This document shows, piece after piece, positions 1 to 10,563 of a stretch of DNA of 64,000 bases. The notes beneath the pieces were generated by a model. That model did no database searches, had not been told where the DNA came from, and saw only the letters and a list, made by a program, of their open reading frames with translations. The position numbers were made by a program, and so were the translations under genes. Where the stretch lies: the NCBI GenBank assembly GCA_963708295.1, contig CAVPSJ010000004.1:704001-768000 (forward strand), written 5' to 3'. This stretch comes from an uncultured delta proteobacterium (GTDB taxonomy: Bacteria > Desulfobacterota > BSN033 > UBA1163). Positions within the stretch are counted from its first letter, which is position 1; the number at the start of each line of letters is the position of its first letter.

Positions 1-8
1 TTTGTGTA

Positions 9-602
9 ATGCTGGAAGCCACCGCTCTCGTCGAACATTCTCCCTATGCCGGGATACTTATTCTCTTGATCCTCGGAGAAATTGGATTGCCTTTCCCAGA
101 GGATGCTACGCTGATATTAAGTGGATTTTTGATGTCCCAAAGAGTGACGAAGCCGCTGCCCACGCTCATCGTCGTCTACTGTGGCCTCCTCCTCACGGAC
201 TTTTCCCTCTATTGGGTCGGCAAGAAATACGGGCGAAAGGTGGTTGAGCATAAGAGATTCCGGCGAATCCTGTCCGCCGAGAGGTTCTTGACATTAGAAG
301 AGAAGTTTAAGAAATGGGGCATCTACGTCGTCTTCGTCGGAAGACATTTCTTGGGAATAAGGGCTCAGATCTTCCTCGTCGCCGGGGTCATGAGAATGTC
401 CGCCCTCAAGTTCATCCTGGCCGATGCCGCTTCAGCGATCCTCACCATGACTTTAATGATCGGACTAGGCTTTTTGGGAGGGAACAGCATCCAGGTTTTG
501 CACAAGAACCTGAATAGAATTGAGCATATCGGAATTCTTATTCTAGTCATTCTGCTCACCGCCTGGATCCTTTATAACTACTTCAGGAATAGAAAAATGT
601 GA
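9..602 (+). CDS. DedA/VTT family membrane protein (may start upstream of the window)
   Basis: GLPFPED...LSGFL, YWVGKKYG and FVGRHFLGIRAQIFLVAG match the DedA pattern; hydrophobic helices. Confidence 0.85.
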   Translation: MLEATALVEHSPYAGILILLILGEIGLPFPEDATLILSGFLMSQRVTKPLPTLIVVYCGLLLTDFSLYWVGKKYGRKVVEHKRFRRILSAERFLTLEEKFKKWGIYVVFVGRHFLGIRAQIFLVAGVMRMSALKFILADAASAILTMTLMIGLGFLGGNSIQVLHKNLNRIEHIGILILVILLTAWILYNYFRNRKM

Positions 603-732
603 GGGAAGATCCTTCGTGGAATTCACAGCAGGGCGTGAAAATAAGGTCCTTTCTCCCTTAAAATACAGAATTTAACCTATTTATATTTCTTAACATATTG
701 GCGATTTTTATATGGGAATGGAGGTGTACATA

Positions 733-2148
733 ATGAGAAAAGGAGAAAGTTTTCGAAGAAAGGGCTTCTTACTATCTCTCATGATTCTGATCCTCGTGTT
801 TCCGGCATACAGTCTGAACGCTGCCGAGAGAACCACGGAAAAGGACTGGAGAAAAGGCTTTGTGGAGGTAGCGAAGAAAGTGAAGCCGTCTGTGGTCGCC
901 ATTCGATCCGAACGGACAGTGACGGTCGGACCGGGAGCCGGAGAAGACTTCTTCAAAGGGACACCTTTTGAAGACTTTTTTAAAGAGCATGGGGGACCTC
1001 CCTCGAAACGAAAGCAGATGGGCGAAGGTTCCGGAGTTATTGTGGATGCACAAGGCAATATCCTCACAAACAATCACGTCGTTGCAGGGGCGGAAAAGAT
1101 TTCCATCCATCTTTTTGATGGCCGGGAGTTGAAGGGAACGGTTCGAGGAACCGATCCCAGGACCGATCTTGCAGTCGTGCATGTGGAGGCTGCCGATCTT
1201 CCCGTCGCCATGCTCGGCGATTCGGACAAGCTCCAGGTGGGGGAATGGGCCATTGCCGTTGGTTCACCCTTCGGCCTTGAAGAGACCGTCACCGTAGGTG
1301 TAATTAGCGCAAAGGGTCGATCAGGGCTGGGGACGGGGAATTATGAAGATTTTATTCAAACCGATGCCTCCATCAATCCTGGGAATAGTGGCGGTCCCCT
1401 TGTGAACATCGATGGCGATGTGATTGGAATCAATGCGATGATTATCCAGCCGGGCCAGGGAATCGGCTTTGCCATTCCCATCAACCTTGCCAAGACGATT
1501 ATGGTGGAGTTAATCAAGACCGGGAAGGTCGTTCGTCCGTGGGTGGGAATTGGCCTTCAGGATATTACCTCGGACCTGATGAAATTCTTTAATCTCAAGG
1601 AGAAGGCAGGAGCGTTGATCAGCCAGGTCTATGCAGGAAGTCCCGCGGAAACGGTCGGTCTGAAGGTGGGAGACGTCGTGATCGAAGTCGATCGGGTGAA
1701 GGTTACAAATAGTCAGGATGTCGTCCGTGAGGTTTTGAAGAAGAAAGTGGGCCAGCAGGTCGGTTTTGTGGTCCTCCGCGAGGGAAAACGAACTGAAATT
1801 TCAGTGACGACTGCCCAGATGCCAGAGAAAACAGGGGAGCCAGGACCCGCTCAGCCCGCAAGAGAATGGTTTGGCCTTCGGGTATCCAATGTCACGCCGG
1901 ATCTTGCCAAACAGCTGGGTCTCAAAAAAACAGAGGGAGTTGTCATTGTAGGAGTGGAGCCCAGCTCCATTGCCCAGCGGTCGGGTTTGAGGGCTGGAGA
2001 TGTTATCTCGGAGGTGAACCGCCAGAAGGTCTCCAGCGAAAATGACTACCGCAGCGTTATGGAAAAATCAAAACCGGACCAGGGGGTCCTGTTCCTGATC
2101 GATCGGGCAGGTTCAACGTTCTTTGCCACCCTGACCGAAGAGAAATAA
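733..2148 (+). CDS. degP: DegP/DegQ (HtrA) periplasmic serine protease with two PDZ domains
   Basis: TNNHVV (His), DLAVV (Asp), IQTDASINPGNSGGPL (Ser); signal peptide; GGAGGTG before ATG 733. Confidence 0.92.
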   Translation: MRKGESFRRKGFLLSLMILILVFPAYSLNAAERTTEKDWRKGFVEVAKKVKPSVVAIRSERTVTVGPGAGEDFFKGTPFEDFFKEHGGPPSKRKQMGEGSGVIVDAQGNILTNNHVVAGAEKISIHLFDGRELKGTVRGTDPRTDLAVVHVEAADLPVAMLGDSDKLQVGEWAIAVGSPFGLEETVTVGVISAKGRSGLGTGNYEDFIQTDASINPGNSGGPLVNIDGDVIGINAMIIQPGQGIGFAIPINLAKTIMVELIKTGKVVRPWVGIGLQDITSDLMKFFNLKEKAGALISQVYAGSPAETVGLKVGDVVIEVDRVKVTNSQDVVREVLKKKVGQQVGFVVLREGKRTEISVTTAQMPEKTGEPGPAQPAREWFGLRVSNVTPDLAKQLGLKKTEGVVIVGVEPSSIAQRSGLRAGDVISEVNRQKVSSENDYRSVMEKSKPDQGVLFLIDRAGSTFFATLTEEK

Positions 2149-2164
2149 GAACGGAGGCTAAAAT

Positions 2165-3555
2165 TTGAGACGTCTCTTGCTGAACCAGAACAATTTTTCT
2201 TTCCCTGCTTCTCTCTCTTCTGCTCACAACGATCTCAGAAGCAGAATTGAAGGAGAATGTCTTTGAAACCGTTTTGCCCAACGGCTTGAAGGTGATCCTC
2301 CTTGAAAATCACAAGAGCCCCCCTTGTCACCTTTCAGGTCTGGTACCGCGTGGGATCTCGAAACGAAGCCTGGGGCAAGACGGGACTCTCTCATATGCTC
2401 GAGCACATGATGTTCAAAGGGACAGAAAGAGTCGGTCCCGAGGAGTTTTCCAGGATCATCCAGGAGAATGGCGGAAATGACAACGCCTTCACTTCCCACG
2501 ACTATACGGCCTATTTCGAAAATCTCAGTGCGGATCGAGTCCAGGTGGCGATCGATTTGGAATCGGACCGAATGCAGAACCTCCTCCTTCGGAAGCAGGA
2601 CTTCCGGACCGAGCGAATGGTGGTGATGGAAGAGCGGAGGCTTCGCACCGAGGACAACCCGCAAGCCGTTTTGGCAGAGCAAGTCATGGCCACTGCGTTT
2701 CAGATCCACCCCTACCACTGGCCCATTATCGGCTGGATGGAGGATATCGCCCGTTTCACCCTCGAGGACTTGAAGGCGTACTATAAAACTTACTACAACC
2801 CTATCAATGCCATCCTCGTTGTCGTGGGAGATTTTAGAAAAGGTGATCTTCTTCCCAAAATTGAAAAGGCCTTTGGTTCGTTCCCGAAAGGGAGCGCCCC
2901 CTACGCAGGAGAGGGATATCGATCCTCCACAGATCGGGGAGCGCAGAATCTTTGTGAAGAAGGAGGCTCAACTCCCCTTTCTGGTCATGGGGTATCATGT
3001 CCCGAACCTCCGAGAGCCGGATAGCTATGTGCTGGAAGTAATCGCCACGATCCTCTCCGGCGGGAAAAGCTCGAGACTCTACCAAAGCCTCGTGCGGGAA
3101 AAACGACTTGTCCTGAGTGTGGATGCTGACCACTCCCTGACCTCCCGAGATCCAAGCCTCTTCACCCTCTCGGCAGAATTGCTTCCCGGAAAAGAGGTGG
3201 CCGAAGTGGAGAAGGCATTCGATCAGGAAGTCGAGCGACTCCAGAAAGAGACCGGTGGGGAAGCAGGAACTGGAAAAGGCAAAAAATCAACTCGAAGCCT
3301 CTTTTATCTTCGCCCAGGATTCTCTCTTCTACCAGGCCATGCTCCTGGCCCGGCATGAGATTGCCCTCAGTTGGAAAAGCGATCGATGACTACCTTCCCT
3401 CCATTCGAAAAGTCTCGCCTGAAGATATTCAGCGAGTTGCGAAAAAATATCTGACTCCGGACAATCGAACGGTGGGCATTCTTATCCCGCTCCCGCCCAA
3501 AGAAGGGAAACCTGGGCCGGCGGCGGGACCTGTCAAAGAACATGTGGTGAGATAA
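2165..3555 (+). CDS. M16B zinc peptidase, catalytic subunit (split by several single-base indels)
   Basis: VLPNGLKVIL, HMLEHMMFKGT (HxxEH) and SSRLYQSLVREK lie in successive frames (ORFs 2247, 2302, 2807, 3355). Confidence 0.85.
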
Positions 3556-3675
3556 GAGTGGCGATCACGAGCCTTTTACGGGAAAGGAGCGGTCAGGTGT
3601 TATTTCTTCAGATAGGAGAAAGGTACACAAACATGCTTTTCATTCCGCCAGTTCGTCGCAGTCCGCATTCCGAAA

Positions 3676-4999
3676 TTGAAATACCTGATCGTCCTCGTTT
3701 CCTTACTGTTCTGCCTGGGTCGTGCCAGCGGGCAGCCTCCGTGCCATGCCTCCAGTCCAGAGGACTGGTTCTCCCCAACCATCTTGTCCTTCTTGCTTCC
3801 GAAGACCACTCCCTACCGTTTGTGACTCTACAACTCCTCATCGATTCAGGATCCTGGAGAGATCCTCCGGGGAGGAAGGTCTGGCCTACCTGACAGCCAG
3901 AGGGCTTCTTCTGGGAACATCAAAGCGCACGGTCAATCAGGTCAATGAGGAGCTCGATTTTATGGGTGCCTCTCTCAATTCTTCATCCGGAAGGGACTAT
4001 GCGACGCTGACCCTCCGGGTTTTGAAGAAGGATCTGGACAAGGGACTCGATCTCTTCATGGAAGTACTGACCCAACCCACCTTCCCTGAAGAGGAAGTCA
4101 AGAGGGAGATCGAAAAGACCCTGGCGGCCATTCAATCGGAGGAAGATCAACCCGATGAGGTTGCAGAAAAGGCATTCCAGAAGACCCTCTTCCTCAGCAG
4201 CCCTTACGGTCACCCTGTGGAAGGAACAAAGGAATCCGTTCCCAAGCTCACGCGGGAAGGGATCGTCCGTTTTTATCGTTCCTATTACCATCCCAATAAT
4301 GCCATCCTAACGGTGGTCGGGGATATGACGGAGGAAGAATTGAAGAGGAAACTCATCCCCCGTCTCGAAAAATGGCCTATGGGCGAGATTCCAAAACTGC
4401 CTTTCAATTCCAAGTTTGAAAAGGAGCAGAAGACGGTGAAGATGAACCGACCGATCACCCAGGCCAACATCATTCTTGGCCATGCCGGAGTCAGCCGCGA
4501 AAACCCTGATTTCTACGCCATCACCGTCATGAACTATATTCTCGGAGGGGGAGGCTTCGCTTCTCGATTAATGGCGGAGATTCGAAACAAGAGGGGACTG
4601 GCCTATTCGGTGGCAAGCTTTTTTGATCCGGGAAAATACCCCGGTTCTTTCCAGATCGTTCTTCAGACAAAAAATCCCTCTGCCCGTGATGCCATCTCCC
4701 TCTCACTCCAACAGATGGAGCGGATTCAAAAGGAACTCGTTTCGGAAAAAGAACTGGAAGGAGCAAAAAAATATCTCATTGGAAGTTTCCCGATGCGGCT
4801 CGATACCCAGGGAAAACTGGCCAATTTTCTCACCCAGGTGGAGTACTACGGATTAGGTCTCGATTATCCTGAGAAGTACCCTTCCCTCATTCGGTCCATC
4901 ACCAGGGAAGAAGTGCTCCGGGTCGCAAAAAAATACCTTCATCCGAAAAAATATGTCCTGGTCATCGTCGCCAATCTGAAAGAAGCAGGCATGGAATGA
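3676..4999 (+). CDS. M16B peptidase, non-catalytic partner subunit (5' part frameshifted)
   Basis: VLPNHLVLL...DSGSWRDP, no HxxEH, GGGGFASRLMAEIRNKRGLAYSV R/Y motif; start approximate. Confidence 0.85.
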
Positions 5000-5143
5000 T
5001 TCTTTCGTCTATCTGCCTCTCCGTCAAGAGCGAAGCATCCCCCCAGAGACTTCTTGATAGATCGAAAGGACTGGGATATTATAAGAGCACCTATACGCAG
5101 AATTCGGGGTTATGTAAACGGATCCTTGGAAGGGAGGAAAACC

Positions 5144-5668
5144 ATGAACGAAAAAGATCGTCTGAATGCCTTAGAGGTGGCTCTCAATAACGAGACGAGG
5201 GAGCGAGAATTCTATCTAAAGAATGCAAAAAGAACGAAGAACGCCCTGGGCAAAAAAATGTTCCAGCAAATCGGGGATGATGAACTGGAGCACTACGAGC
5301 GCCTGAAACAGCTCCATCAGAAGTGGGTCAAACAGGAAAAATGGCCTGAGACCGTTCCCCTTAAAGTAAAGGATACGATCGTAAAGGACATCCTCCTTGA
5401 GTTCATCAAAAAGGTCGATAAAACTGCTAAAGGAGATTCGGATGACCTCGAGGCCGTCCGAACGGCCATTGACTTCGAGGCCAAGGGAGCAAAGTTTTAT
5501 GCTGAACTGCGGGATAGCGTGACGAACCCGACAGAAAAGCAATTCTTTGACCTCCTGTCAAATATGGAAAATGAGCACTATCTATCCCTCAAGGATACGG
5601 AGGAATATTTCATCGATCCTGCTTCCTGGTATCGGATGAAGGAACACCATACTCTGGATGGAGAGTGA
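5144..5668 (+). CDS. Ferritin-like / rubrerythrin-family di-iron protein
   Basis: Two repeats of E..FY...E..H (ETREREFY...DELEH; EAKGAKFY...MENEH); GGGAGG RBS. Confidence 0.8.
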   Translation: MNEKDRLNALEVALNNETREREFYLKNAKRTKNALGKKMFQQIGDDELEHYERLKQLHQKWVKQEKWPETVPLKVKDTIVKDILLEFIKKVDKTAKGDSDDLEAVRTAIDFEAKGAKFYAELRDSVTNPTEKQFFDLLSNMENEHYLSLKDTEEYFIDPASWYRMKEHHTLDGE

Positions 5669-5816
5669 GGTCATTTTCACCTGAGAGAATGGATCGGGGA
5701 GGGGAGGACCGGAGGTCATGACCGCGTGAGAGACGCGGCTGTTTGCCATCGATCTTTTTGGGAGAGAGTCGAAGAGTATATATTCCCGGCTTGATCTCGG
5801 GGGAACCGAGACCCTT

Positions 5817-6158
5817 TTAAGAAGGTAGAAACCTGGACAATATCCAGCTCACGACGCTGATCAGAATTGACCCCAGGACCGCACCCCAGAATCCACTGAC
5901 ATAAAATCCCTTGACCAGGGCTGACACCAGCCAGAGCATCAGTCCGTTGATGATCAGCAAGAAGAGTCCCAGAGTCAGCAGCGTGATGGGAAAGGTGAGG
6001 AAGACCAGGACGGGTCGGAGGATGGTATTCACGATCCCCAGGAGAAATGCAGCCACCAATGCCGCTAGGAAACCATCCACCCGGATCATCTTTGGAAAGA
6101 GATAAGAGACAATGAGAATAGCGACCATATTGATGATTAAGCGAACGACGAAGAACAT
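5817..6158 (-). CDS. YvlD-like four-TM membrane protein (phage holin 4_2 family)
   Basis: LGIVNTILRPVL...TFPITLLTLGLF.LIINGLML signature. Confidence 0.85.
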   Translation of the reverse strand: MFFVVRLIINMVAILIVSYLFPKMIRVDGFLAALVAAFLLGIVNTILRPVLVFLTFPITLLTLGLFLLIINGLMLWLVSALVKGFYVSGFWGAVLGSILISVVSWILSRFLPS

Positions 6159-6170
6159 GGTTTTCTCCTT

Positions 6171-7169
6171 TTAGTGATGATAATAACCCTCTTTCCCAAC
6201 CTTACCTCTAAAAACCATGTAGTTATAGACGGTATATCCCAGGACCAAAGGTAAAACGATGATCACTCCCCATAGGGTGAAGCGGAGGGTTTCTTGTTGT
6301 GCCGCCGCTTCCCGAAAAGTAATGCTGGGCGGAATGGCATAGGGGTAGATGGAAGCAATGAGACCCAGGTATCCTGCAAAGAAAAAGATCACACTGAAAA
6401 CAAAGGGCAGAATCTCCCGCCGGGCTCTTAGGCTCTTCATCAGTCCATAGAAGGCCAGCAGGCCCACCAGAGGAAAGGCCCAAATAAAATAGATTCGGGG
6501 TGGATGGATCCAGTTTGTCAGGGCCGAAGGGTAATGGAAAGGCGTCCAGAAGGTGACCAGGATTTGAAAGAGCAAAACCACCCATGCCGCCCAGAAGGCT
6601 TTGTGGTAAGCGCGTTCCTGTACCGCTCCTTCGGTCTTAATGAGAAGATAAGTGGATCCAAGAAGAATATAGCCTGCGATGAGTGCAAGGCCTACGGTCA
6701 CCGAAAAAGGGGTTAGCCAGTCGAAGGGGCCGCCCGCGAATTGACCTTCAGCCACCTTTGTTCCAGAAAGAATGCCACCCAGGGTCAACCCCTGAGCGAT
6801 CACAGCGACCAAACTCCCCAAAAAGAAAGTCGTGTTCCAAAATCCCTTTCGCGTCGCATTCGCCCGGAACTCGAACGTCACGCCACGGAAGATCAGACCG
6901 AAGATGAACGTGAGAAGAGGGATGTAGAGCCCGCTGAAGACCACGCCATAGATCATGGGAAAGGCAACAAAAAGGGCTCCTCCGCCAAATACCAACCACG
7001 TCTGATTCGCATCCCAAACCGGGGCGATACTGTTCATCATTGTATCTCGCTCTTCTTCGTTCCGGGTGGTGGGAAACATCAGGGCTATCCCCAGGCTGAA
7101 ACCATCGAGAACCACATAGAGGAGAATGGCAAGGGCCAATAAGCAAGCCCAGAGAGTGATGAGATCCAA
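6171..7169 (-). CDS. cydB: Cytochrome bd ubiquinol oxidase subunit II
   Basis: YVVLDGFSLG, PVWDANQTWLVFGGGALF, IFRGVTFEFR; TTG start after AAGGGGGG. Confidence 0.92.
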   Translation of the reverse strand: MDLITLWACLLALAILLYVVLDGFSLGIALMFPTTRNEEERDTMMNSIAPVWDANQTWLVFGGGALFVAFPMIYGVVFSGLYIPLLTFIFGLIFRGVTFEFRANATRKGFWNTTFFLGSLVAVIAQGLTLGGILSGTKVAEGQFAGGPFDWLTPFSVTVGLALIAGYILLGSTYLLIKTEGAVQERAYHKAFWAAWVVLLFQILVTFWTPFHYPSALTNWIHPPRIYFIWAFPLVGLLAFYGLMKSLRARREILPFVFSVIFFFAGYLGLIASIYPYAIPPSITFREAAAQQETLRFTLWGVIIVLPLVLGYTVYNYMVFRGKVGKEGYYHH

Positions 7170-7195
7170 TGGTTTACCCCCCTTAAAAACAATGT

Positions 7196-7345
7196 CGAAA
7201 CCCGAAGCACGAAATTCGAAACAAGCACGAATTCTCAAAATAAAAATGACCAAAACAAAAGCGGTTTCGAAATTTGGATTTTCGATTTGTTTCGAGTTGG
7301 TCCGTAACGGACGCTTCGCCCGATATCCGAATTTCGGATTTAGGA
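7196..7345. repeat. Imperfect palindrome built from ~7-nt units (CGAAGCA/CGAAATT), between cydA and cydB
   Basis: Shares CGAAGCACGAAATYCGAAACAA with the element at ~49643; arms are reverse complements. Confidence 0.75.
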
Positions 7346-7377
7346 AGAACTCGTCTACCGATCATCATGAGGATGCT

Positions 7378-8766
7378 TCATCCTGTCTGCGCTGTGCCCC
7401 TGCTTTCTTGAAGGGTCTGCATCCCGGCCAGCCGCTGAATCGGCGGGATAGGGCTCGCCATGTCCGGGCCGGTCTTTAATGTCTTCAGAATATAATAAAA
7501 GTAGCTCGTCCCGACCACGATGAAGATGACCAGAAAAAGGCTCAGAGACCAGATGACATTCCCGGCCGGGATGGGAGAAACACCTTCGCTCGTCCGCATC
7601 AGATTGTAGACGAGCCATGGTTGCCGGCCCACCTCATTGGTCACCCAGCCCAGTTCCGTTGCAAAAAAACCCAGGGGATGCAGAACCAGCAGGGTTCGCA
7701 AGAATGGACGGTGGCTAAAAAGGCGTCCCTGTCGCCAAAGAACTGCAGCCCACACCATGATCAATAGAAGAACAAACCCGATGGCAACCATCAGCCTGAA
7801 GCTCCAGAAGAGGATGAAAACATTGGGGCGATCTCTCTTCGGAAATTCCTTAAGCCCCCGGACTCGACCCTCAAAGGAATGGGTCACCAGCAGGCTGAGG
7901 CCATCGGGGACGTCGATTGAAAGAAGATTGTTTTCAGCCTCCATGTTCGGGAGAGCGATGACTGCAAAGGGAGCCCCTCCTTTGATGTTGGTTTCCCAAT
8001 GAGCCTCCATGGCGGCCAGTTTTGCCGGCTGGTGATGGAAGACCTGCCGACCGCTCACATCCCCTTGGTAGACTTGAAGGGGTGCGAAAAGGGCAGCCAT
8101 CACCAGGGCAATCCCCAAGGACCGTCGGAAAATATCCACGTACCTTCCTTTGAGAAGATAGTAAGCACTGATTCCGGCGACGACGAAAGCAGATGTCTCA
8201 AAAGAAGCCAACGTCATGTGACCCATTCGGGCGAACAGAGAGGAGTTGAAGATCGCTGCTGAGAAATCAGTGACCATGAACTTTCCGTTGACCAGTTTGT
8301 AGCCCGCCGGCGTTTGCATCCAGGAATTTGCGGCCAGAATCCAAAACGCCGAGAGGATGGCCCCGAAGGATACCAGGCAGGTAGCTAGAAAATGGATGCT
8401 TCGCCGGACTCTCTCCCAGCCGAAGAGCATGATGCCCAAAAACCCACCTTCCAAAAAGAAGGCCGTCAACACCTCGAAACCCAAAAGAGGGGAAAAGACG
8501 TTGCCCACTTTTTGGGAAAAGTGAGAAAAGTTTGTACCGAATTCAAACTCCAATACGACTCCTGAGACCACCCCTATTCCAAAATTGATGGCGAAGATCT
8601 TGACCCAGAAACGGTACAGGCGATAATAAATCTCCTGTTTCGTGATTAACCAGAGGGACTCCACGACCACCAGATAAAGGGCAAGACCGATCGTCAACAC
8701 TGGAAACAGAATGTGAAACATGGTGGTTACGGCAAACTGAATTCGAGAAAGAAAAACGGCGTCCAT
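7378..8766 (-). CDS. cydA: Cytochrome bd ubiquinol oxidase subunit I
   Basis: SRIQFA..MFHILFP, FEFGTN, ANSWMQTP, QPAKLAAME, EVGRQPW. Confidence 0.95.
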   Translation of the reverse strand: MDAVFLSRIQFAVTTMFHILFPVLTIGLALYLVVVESLWLITKQEIYYRLYRFWVKIFAINFGIGVVSGVVLEFEFGTNFSHFSQKVGNVFSPLLGFEVLTAFFLEGGFLGIMLFGWERVRRSIHFLATCLVSFGAILSAFWILAANSWMQTPAGYKLVNGKFMVTDFSAAIFNSSLFARMGHMTLASFETSAFVVAGISAYYLLKGRYVDIFRRSLGIALVMAALFAPLQVYQGDVSGRQVFHHQPAKLAAMEAHWETNIKGGAPFAVIALPNMEAENNLLSIDVPDGLSLLVTHSFEGRVRGLKEFPKRDRPNVFILFWSFRLMVAIGFVLLLIMVWAAVLWRQGRLFSHRPFLRTLLVLHPLGFFATELGWVTNEVGRQPWLVYNLMRTSEGVSPIPAGNVIWSLSLFLVIFIVVGTSYFYYILKTLKTGPDMASPIPPIQRLAGMQTLQESRGTAQTG

Positions 8767-9066
8767 CGCCCGCCCCTTCGAAATGACCCTTCTTTTACCT
8801 CATGCTTCTCTCAAGGATTGAGTAGTTTCCTCAGGAAAGGAAACATTGATATAGATGCCAGACCCCATTTCCAACCCTGCGGGTGGGGTCAGTCGCGGAA
8901 TAGTAGCTGGATCCCGTCTCAGTTGAGACATGGGAATCTCCGTTTCATGAGGAATGCGGATTGCAGAACGAAGTACCACGTAAGGTACCCTTTTTTGGTC
9001 TATCCGAAGTCGGCAATCCAAAATCGTCAATTATGTAAGAACCTGTTGAGAGACTCATTTTCTCGG

Positions 9067-9196
9067 GCTGATCAAAAATGCCCAAATGCAAGGCCCCCGA
9101 AATCCTGAGAGTGGCGTTGGGACGAATGAGGAGCGACTCATTGCCACGCCCCCGAAGGGGGCCGGATAACGCCGCAGATGGGTGTTTTTCAACAGC
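9067..9196. mobile_element. Short non-coding element with imperfect terminal inverted repeats (MITE-like)
   Basis: GCTGATCAAAAATGCCCAAATGC ... GCAGATGGGTGTTTTTCAACAGC inverted ends. Confidence 0.55.
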
Positions 9197-9199
9197 ATG

Positions 9200-9220
9200 A
9201 AAAGGCCTTAACCTAAGGCC
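9200..9220 (-). terminator. Probable intrinsic terminator overlapping the TAA of the small TGA-containing gene
   Basis: Minus strand GGCCTTA-GGT-TAAGGCC-TTTT. Confidence 0.55.
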
Positions 9221-9369
9221 ACGAGTAACCCCACAAAGGCCCCCAGAGGAGTGGAGATGTAAGGGTTACACGTGAAAGCTCAGGAACTTCCGATGCCTCG
9301 GGTAAGATAAGTCAGAGCAAAGCCAGCAGCCCCGCCCAAGAGCATACCGATGAGGATCTTTGGGATCAT
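9208..9369 (-). CDS. Small two-TM protein (DUF6132-like) with in-frame TGA; candidate selenoprotein
   Basis: AGGAGG RBS; MIPKILIGMLLGGAAGFALTYLTRGIGSS(TGA)AFTCNPYISTPLGAFVGLLVALG; hairpin directly 3' of the TGA. Confidence 0.72.
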
Positions 9370-9544
9370 ACCTTCCTCCTTTTTATAAAAATACCATTCC
9401 GTAATGGCTAAATCAATAACAAGATGAGTCGATCATTATTTTCGATGCTTCCTCGATGGATATTCACTTGACAGATTGACGTGCGACATCTAGACTAATT
9501 GTCATGAACTGAAATCGAGGGATTTATCAATTGGACTCGCGGAA

Positions 9545-10243
9545 ATGATCAAAGAATTTACCCAGGAAGAATTGTCGTCTTTTAACGGAAAAGAAGGGAG
9601 GCCCGTCTATATCGCCCTTCAAGAAAAAGTCTACGATGTCTCCAAGAGTCCCTTATGGTCGAAAGGCCTCCATATGAACAGACATGCCCCAGGCAGGGAT
9701 CTTGCCGGAGAGATCTCTGCGGCCCCCCACGGGACAGAAGTGCTTGAAAGATATCCCCAGGTAGGGGTTTTGAAGAAAGGGGGACCCGAGGAGTTGAAGC
9801 ATCTTCCTCCCGGTCTCCGGACCCTCCTCGAAAAATTCCCGATGGCAAGACGCCATCCTCACCCGATGATTGTTCATTTTCCTATTGCCCTTCTGATGGC
9901 TTCCTCTCTCTTCGTCCTTCTCTACCTCATCTTCAAAGATCCTTCCTTTGACCGTACCAGTTTCTACCTTTTCGTTTTGGGAGCAATCGCTTCTCCCTTT
10001 GCCATGGCCACGGGGCTCGTTACCTGGTGGGTAAATTATCGATTAAAGCTCTCTCTTTTTGTGAAGAGAAAAATGCAGTTTTCGATGCTCCTCCTTATCT
10101 TTGAGATCATCCTCATCCTTTGGCGCAGTTCTCCATCCCCAATATCCAGCCCCATTTATTTCATCATGGTGGTCATCCTCACCCCCATCGTCTCGATCCT
10201 GGGCTACTATGGGGGCCAGATGACTTTTCCGGCAGAACGATGA
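9545..10243 (+). CDS. Cytochrome b5-like heme/steroid-binding domain fused to a DUF2231-like membrane domain
   Basis: FTQEELSSFNGKEGRPVYIA..VYDVS..W..G.H...H..G.DL, then HPHPMIVHFPIAL and TM helices. Confidence 0.85.
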   Translation: MIKEFTQEELSSFNGKEGRPVYIALQEKVYDVSKSPLWSKGLHMNRHAPGRDLAGEISAAPHGTEVLERYPQVGVLKKGGPEELKHLPPGLRTLLEKFPMARRHPHPMIVHFPIALLMASSLFVLLYLIFKDPSFDRTSFYLFVLGAIASPFAMATGLVTWWVNYRLKLSLFVKRKMQFSMLLLIFEIILILWRSSPSPISSPIYFIMVVILTPIVSILGYYGGQMTFPAER

Positions 10244-10320
10244 AGAAATAGGGCTGAGATGCCCTCCCCCAGTTTTTCCTCCCTTCGCCAAGCGTCTGGG
10301 CAAACCCTTCTCCAAGGATC

Positions 10321-10563
10321 GGTAGTGGGTCAGTTTGGGTCGCGAATGCCCATACGGAGCCGAGGGTGGTCTGGTCCCCCCGGAGCGGTTCAGGGGCGCT
10401 TCCTTCTTTGTTGAAAGACTTCTCACATCCTAAGTCATGAGATCGTCAGTGGAATGCACGAAGGACCATCCCCCGGACCTATGAATACAACCGCCCTTCT
10501 GAAACGCGAGGAGGAATAGGCCACCCTCGGCTCGTTCCTGCGGGCGGAAACTGACCCATTACC
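10321..10563. mobile_element. MITE copy 1 (243 bp; 16-bp TIRs; 8-bp target duplication CAAGGATC/CAAGGCTC)
   Basis: GGTAGTGGGTCAGTTT ... AAACTGACCCATTACC; closely similar copy at 25634-25874. Confidence 0.88.

Noticed and set aside
2165-3900. M16 peptidase genes as true pseudogenes
   Set aside because: Breaks fall mostly at homopolymer runs and the motifs are intact in successive frames; probably sequencing indels
5817-6158. Holin-family gene as a sign of a prophage
   Set aside because: The YvlD-like family is commonly chromosomal; no integrase, capsid or lysin nearby
7196-7345. Periodic repeats as a CRISPR array
   Set aside because: No constant 23-47 bp repeat with unique spacers and no cas genes; these are degenerate heptamer hairpins
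9264-9279. GGTTACACGTGAAAGC as a second parS
   Set aside because: Outer bases deviate from consensus, and it is explained by coding and hairpin constraints of the small TGA gene
10321-10563. The long hairpin element as 6S RNA
   Set aside because: Two dispersed copies with TIRs and target-site duplications, and no zapA/ygfA context; behaves as a mobile element
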